Assembly: GCF_001194135.2 (NCBI RefSeq)
Contig: NC_068993.1
Coordinates: 43,980,568 to 44,015,075 of the forward strand
DNA: 34,508 nucleotides
DNA from: Octopus bimaculoides
Lineage: Eukaryota
Reading direction: 5' to 3'
The position numbers were made by a program, and so were the translations under genes. Below the pieces are notes generated by a model. That model saw only the letters and a list, made by a program, of their open reading frames with translations. It did not search any database and was not told the origin of the DNA. Numbering within the stretch: the first letter of the stretch is position 1; every line of letters begins with the position of its first letter. Below, piece by piece: positions 32,885 to 34,508 of this stretch.

Positions 32885-34508
32885 ATTTACTCTACATGCA
32901 GTTCAGGAAAAACTCAATTGAGTCATTCCTCGGTTGATGTAGCCGATAATAAAAATAACAAAATTACGTCTATTCGTAGTTTGATTCCGTTATTATACTT
33001 TTTACCAATTTCATCGTTACTTATTGAAAAAAATCCACTACATATTAAAAAATAAGTCACAAATACATCAGAGCCTGAGTTTTGATCATCTTTAATTTAG
33101 TGAAAGGGTTAAAATTAACTTTTAAATATTTAACTTTTTTTTTTACCCCATTTATTTGCAAACATGAAACCTGATCGACTATGATAATATAACTCATTAT
33201 GAAAACGGATAGTTCCTCAAGAGTCTCTTTTTTTCTTATGAAATCATATAACTATTCAGTTTTACGACACCTTTTACCAATATTCTACCCAAAGTCGGAA
33301 ATGATCTTATGCATTTAACCGAAACTGATGCTATTTGTATGCAACGAAAGAACCTCTAAGTAGTCGTTTACATAGATTTAATGCCAAACGGTTCATTAGT
33401 TTGAAATTTCATGCACTTAAATGAATTATACAAATTAACTCGTACTTAAAACGAATCGATTATGTATAAATGTGTTTACGTGAGAGCTACTTTGTTAAAG
33501 CCAAAGCAGTGATTACACCAAAGTTTTAACAAAAGACACCTGTGTTCTATTCCCGATAGACCGCTTTGCACATATGCACAGAAGCACTTGGTTCAAACAT
33601 ACATATTTAGTATTTAGCTCATTAAAAATAAACTTGTGTAGAAATTTCAACTAAGATTTCACAACTTTTTCTCTAAAGTAAAATGAACTGAACCGAATAA
33701 ACTGTGGGGATTACAATTTGTTATACAGGGAATATATACGTGTATGCGCGCGCACACACACACATACACATGCATACACACACACGCGCACAAATCGATC
33801 AATAGGAGACTAACGGCAGATTGCCATACTGCACGAATATAAGCGCATCAAAATTTGCATTATAAATATTCATTACAGCTAAATAGATTAGAGAATAATA
33901 ATCAAACTTCCATTTTGTAAATATCAAAATGTCCTCGGCGGATTGATCCTGTGGTTTAGGGCCAACGAATAATCATGATGCAAACCGACTTCCACATAAC
34001 ATTATTTAAATTCTATACGAGTCATTTTACTACTAGCAATTTACGAAAATTGAGATGAATATTCAGATCAGTATATTAAATTATTGAGCAGGAAAGGACA
34101 GCCAAATATTCTATCGACGAATATCAATAAATATAGACATTTGATAAGCGTATGGGTTGATTATATTGGTTTATACACCAACGTTTCACTATACAACTAA
34201 CACCTTGTTCAATGAAGCATAGGACTAAACCTATCTAGAGATACTTTGACCAAATTACATTATAATAAGCTGACAACTATCAGCATTATTTTGAATTAGT
34301 TAATGGAATGATAACATGAACGACTGGACAGGAAGGACCCTGACAGAATATATAGTTGGCAGCACGAGACCCCAGTGTGTGGCGAAAATTAGTGGTTGTC
34401 TCTGATGTTCACCGACTTTTAACCATAAAGATGGGAGTATTAATTTATTGAATCAGTGAATAATATTTGCTCTATATACATGCATATATATATATATATA
34501 TATATATA

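Overview
AT-rich, microsatellite-dense eukaryotic genomic DNA with 11 assembly gaps (N runs near 1257-1842, 6183-6438, 9400-10144, 11238-12038, 13321-13360, 18630-19004, 23944-24000, 26580-26637, 27247-27477, 28372-28381, 29862-30404). The SINE families resemble octopus repeats as I recall them, so a coleoid cephalopod origin is inferred but not verified. No host gene can be supported, and almost all ORFs in the supplied track are microsatellite or gap artefacts. Supportable content: tRNA-derived SINEs, two mariner transposase remnants (one a continuous ORF with an in-frame internal deletion), RTE- and CR1-like LINE fragments, and at least three distinct Penelope-like (GIY-YIG) retroelement remnants. 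The most notable signal is a set of hammerhead ribozyme motifs folded by eye. One is a full type I hammerhead with an intact core and no visible Penelope ORF nearby (7128-7196). Two are homologous copies of a Penelope-terminal hammerhead with a long stem II insert (2781-2866, 24657-24735), and two are minimal or degenerate cores. The window also holds five independent inverted-repeat or foldback structures. Alignments, folds and identity estimates were done manually and are approximate.
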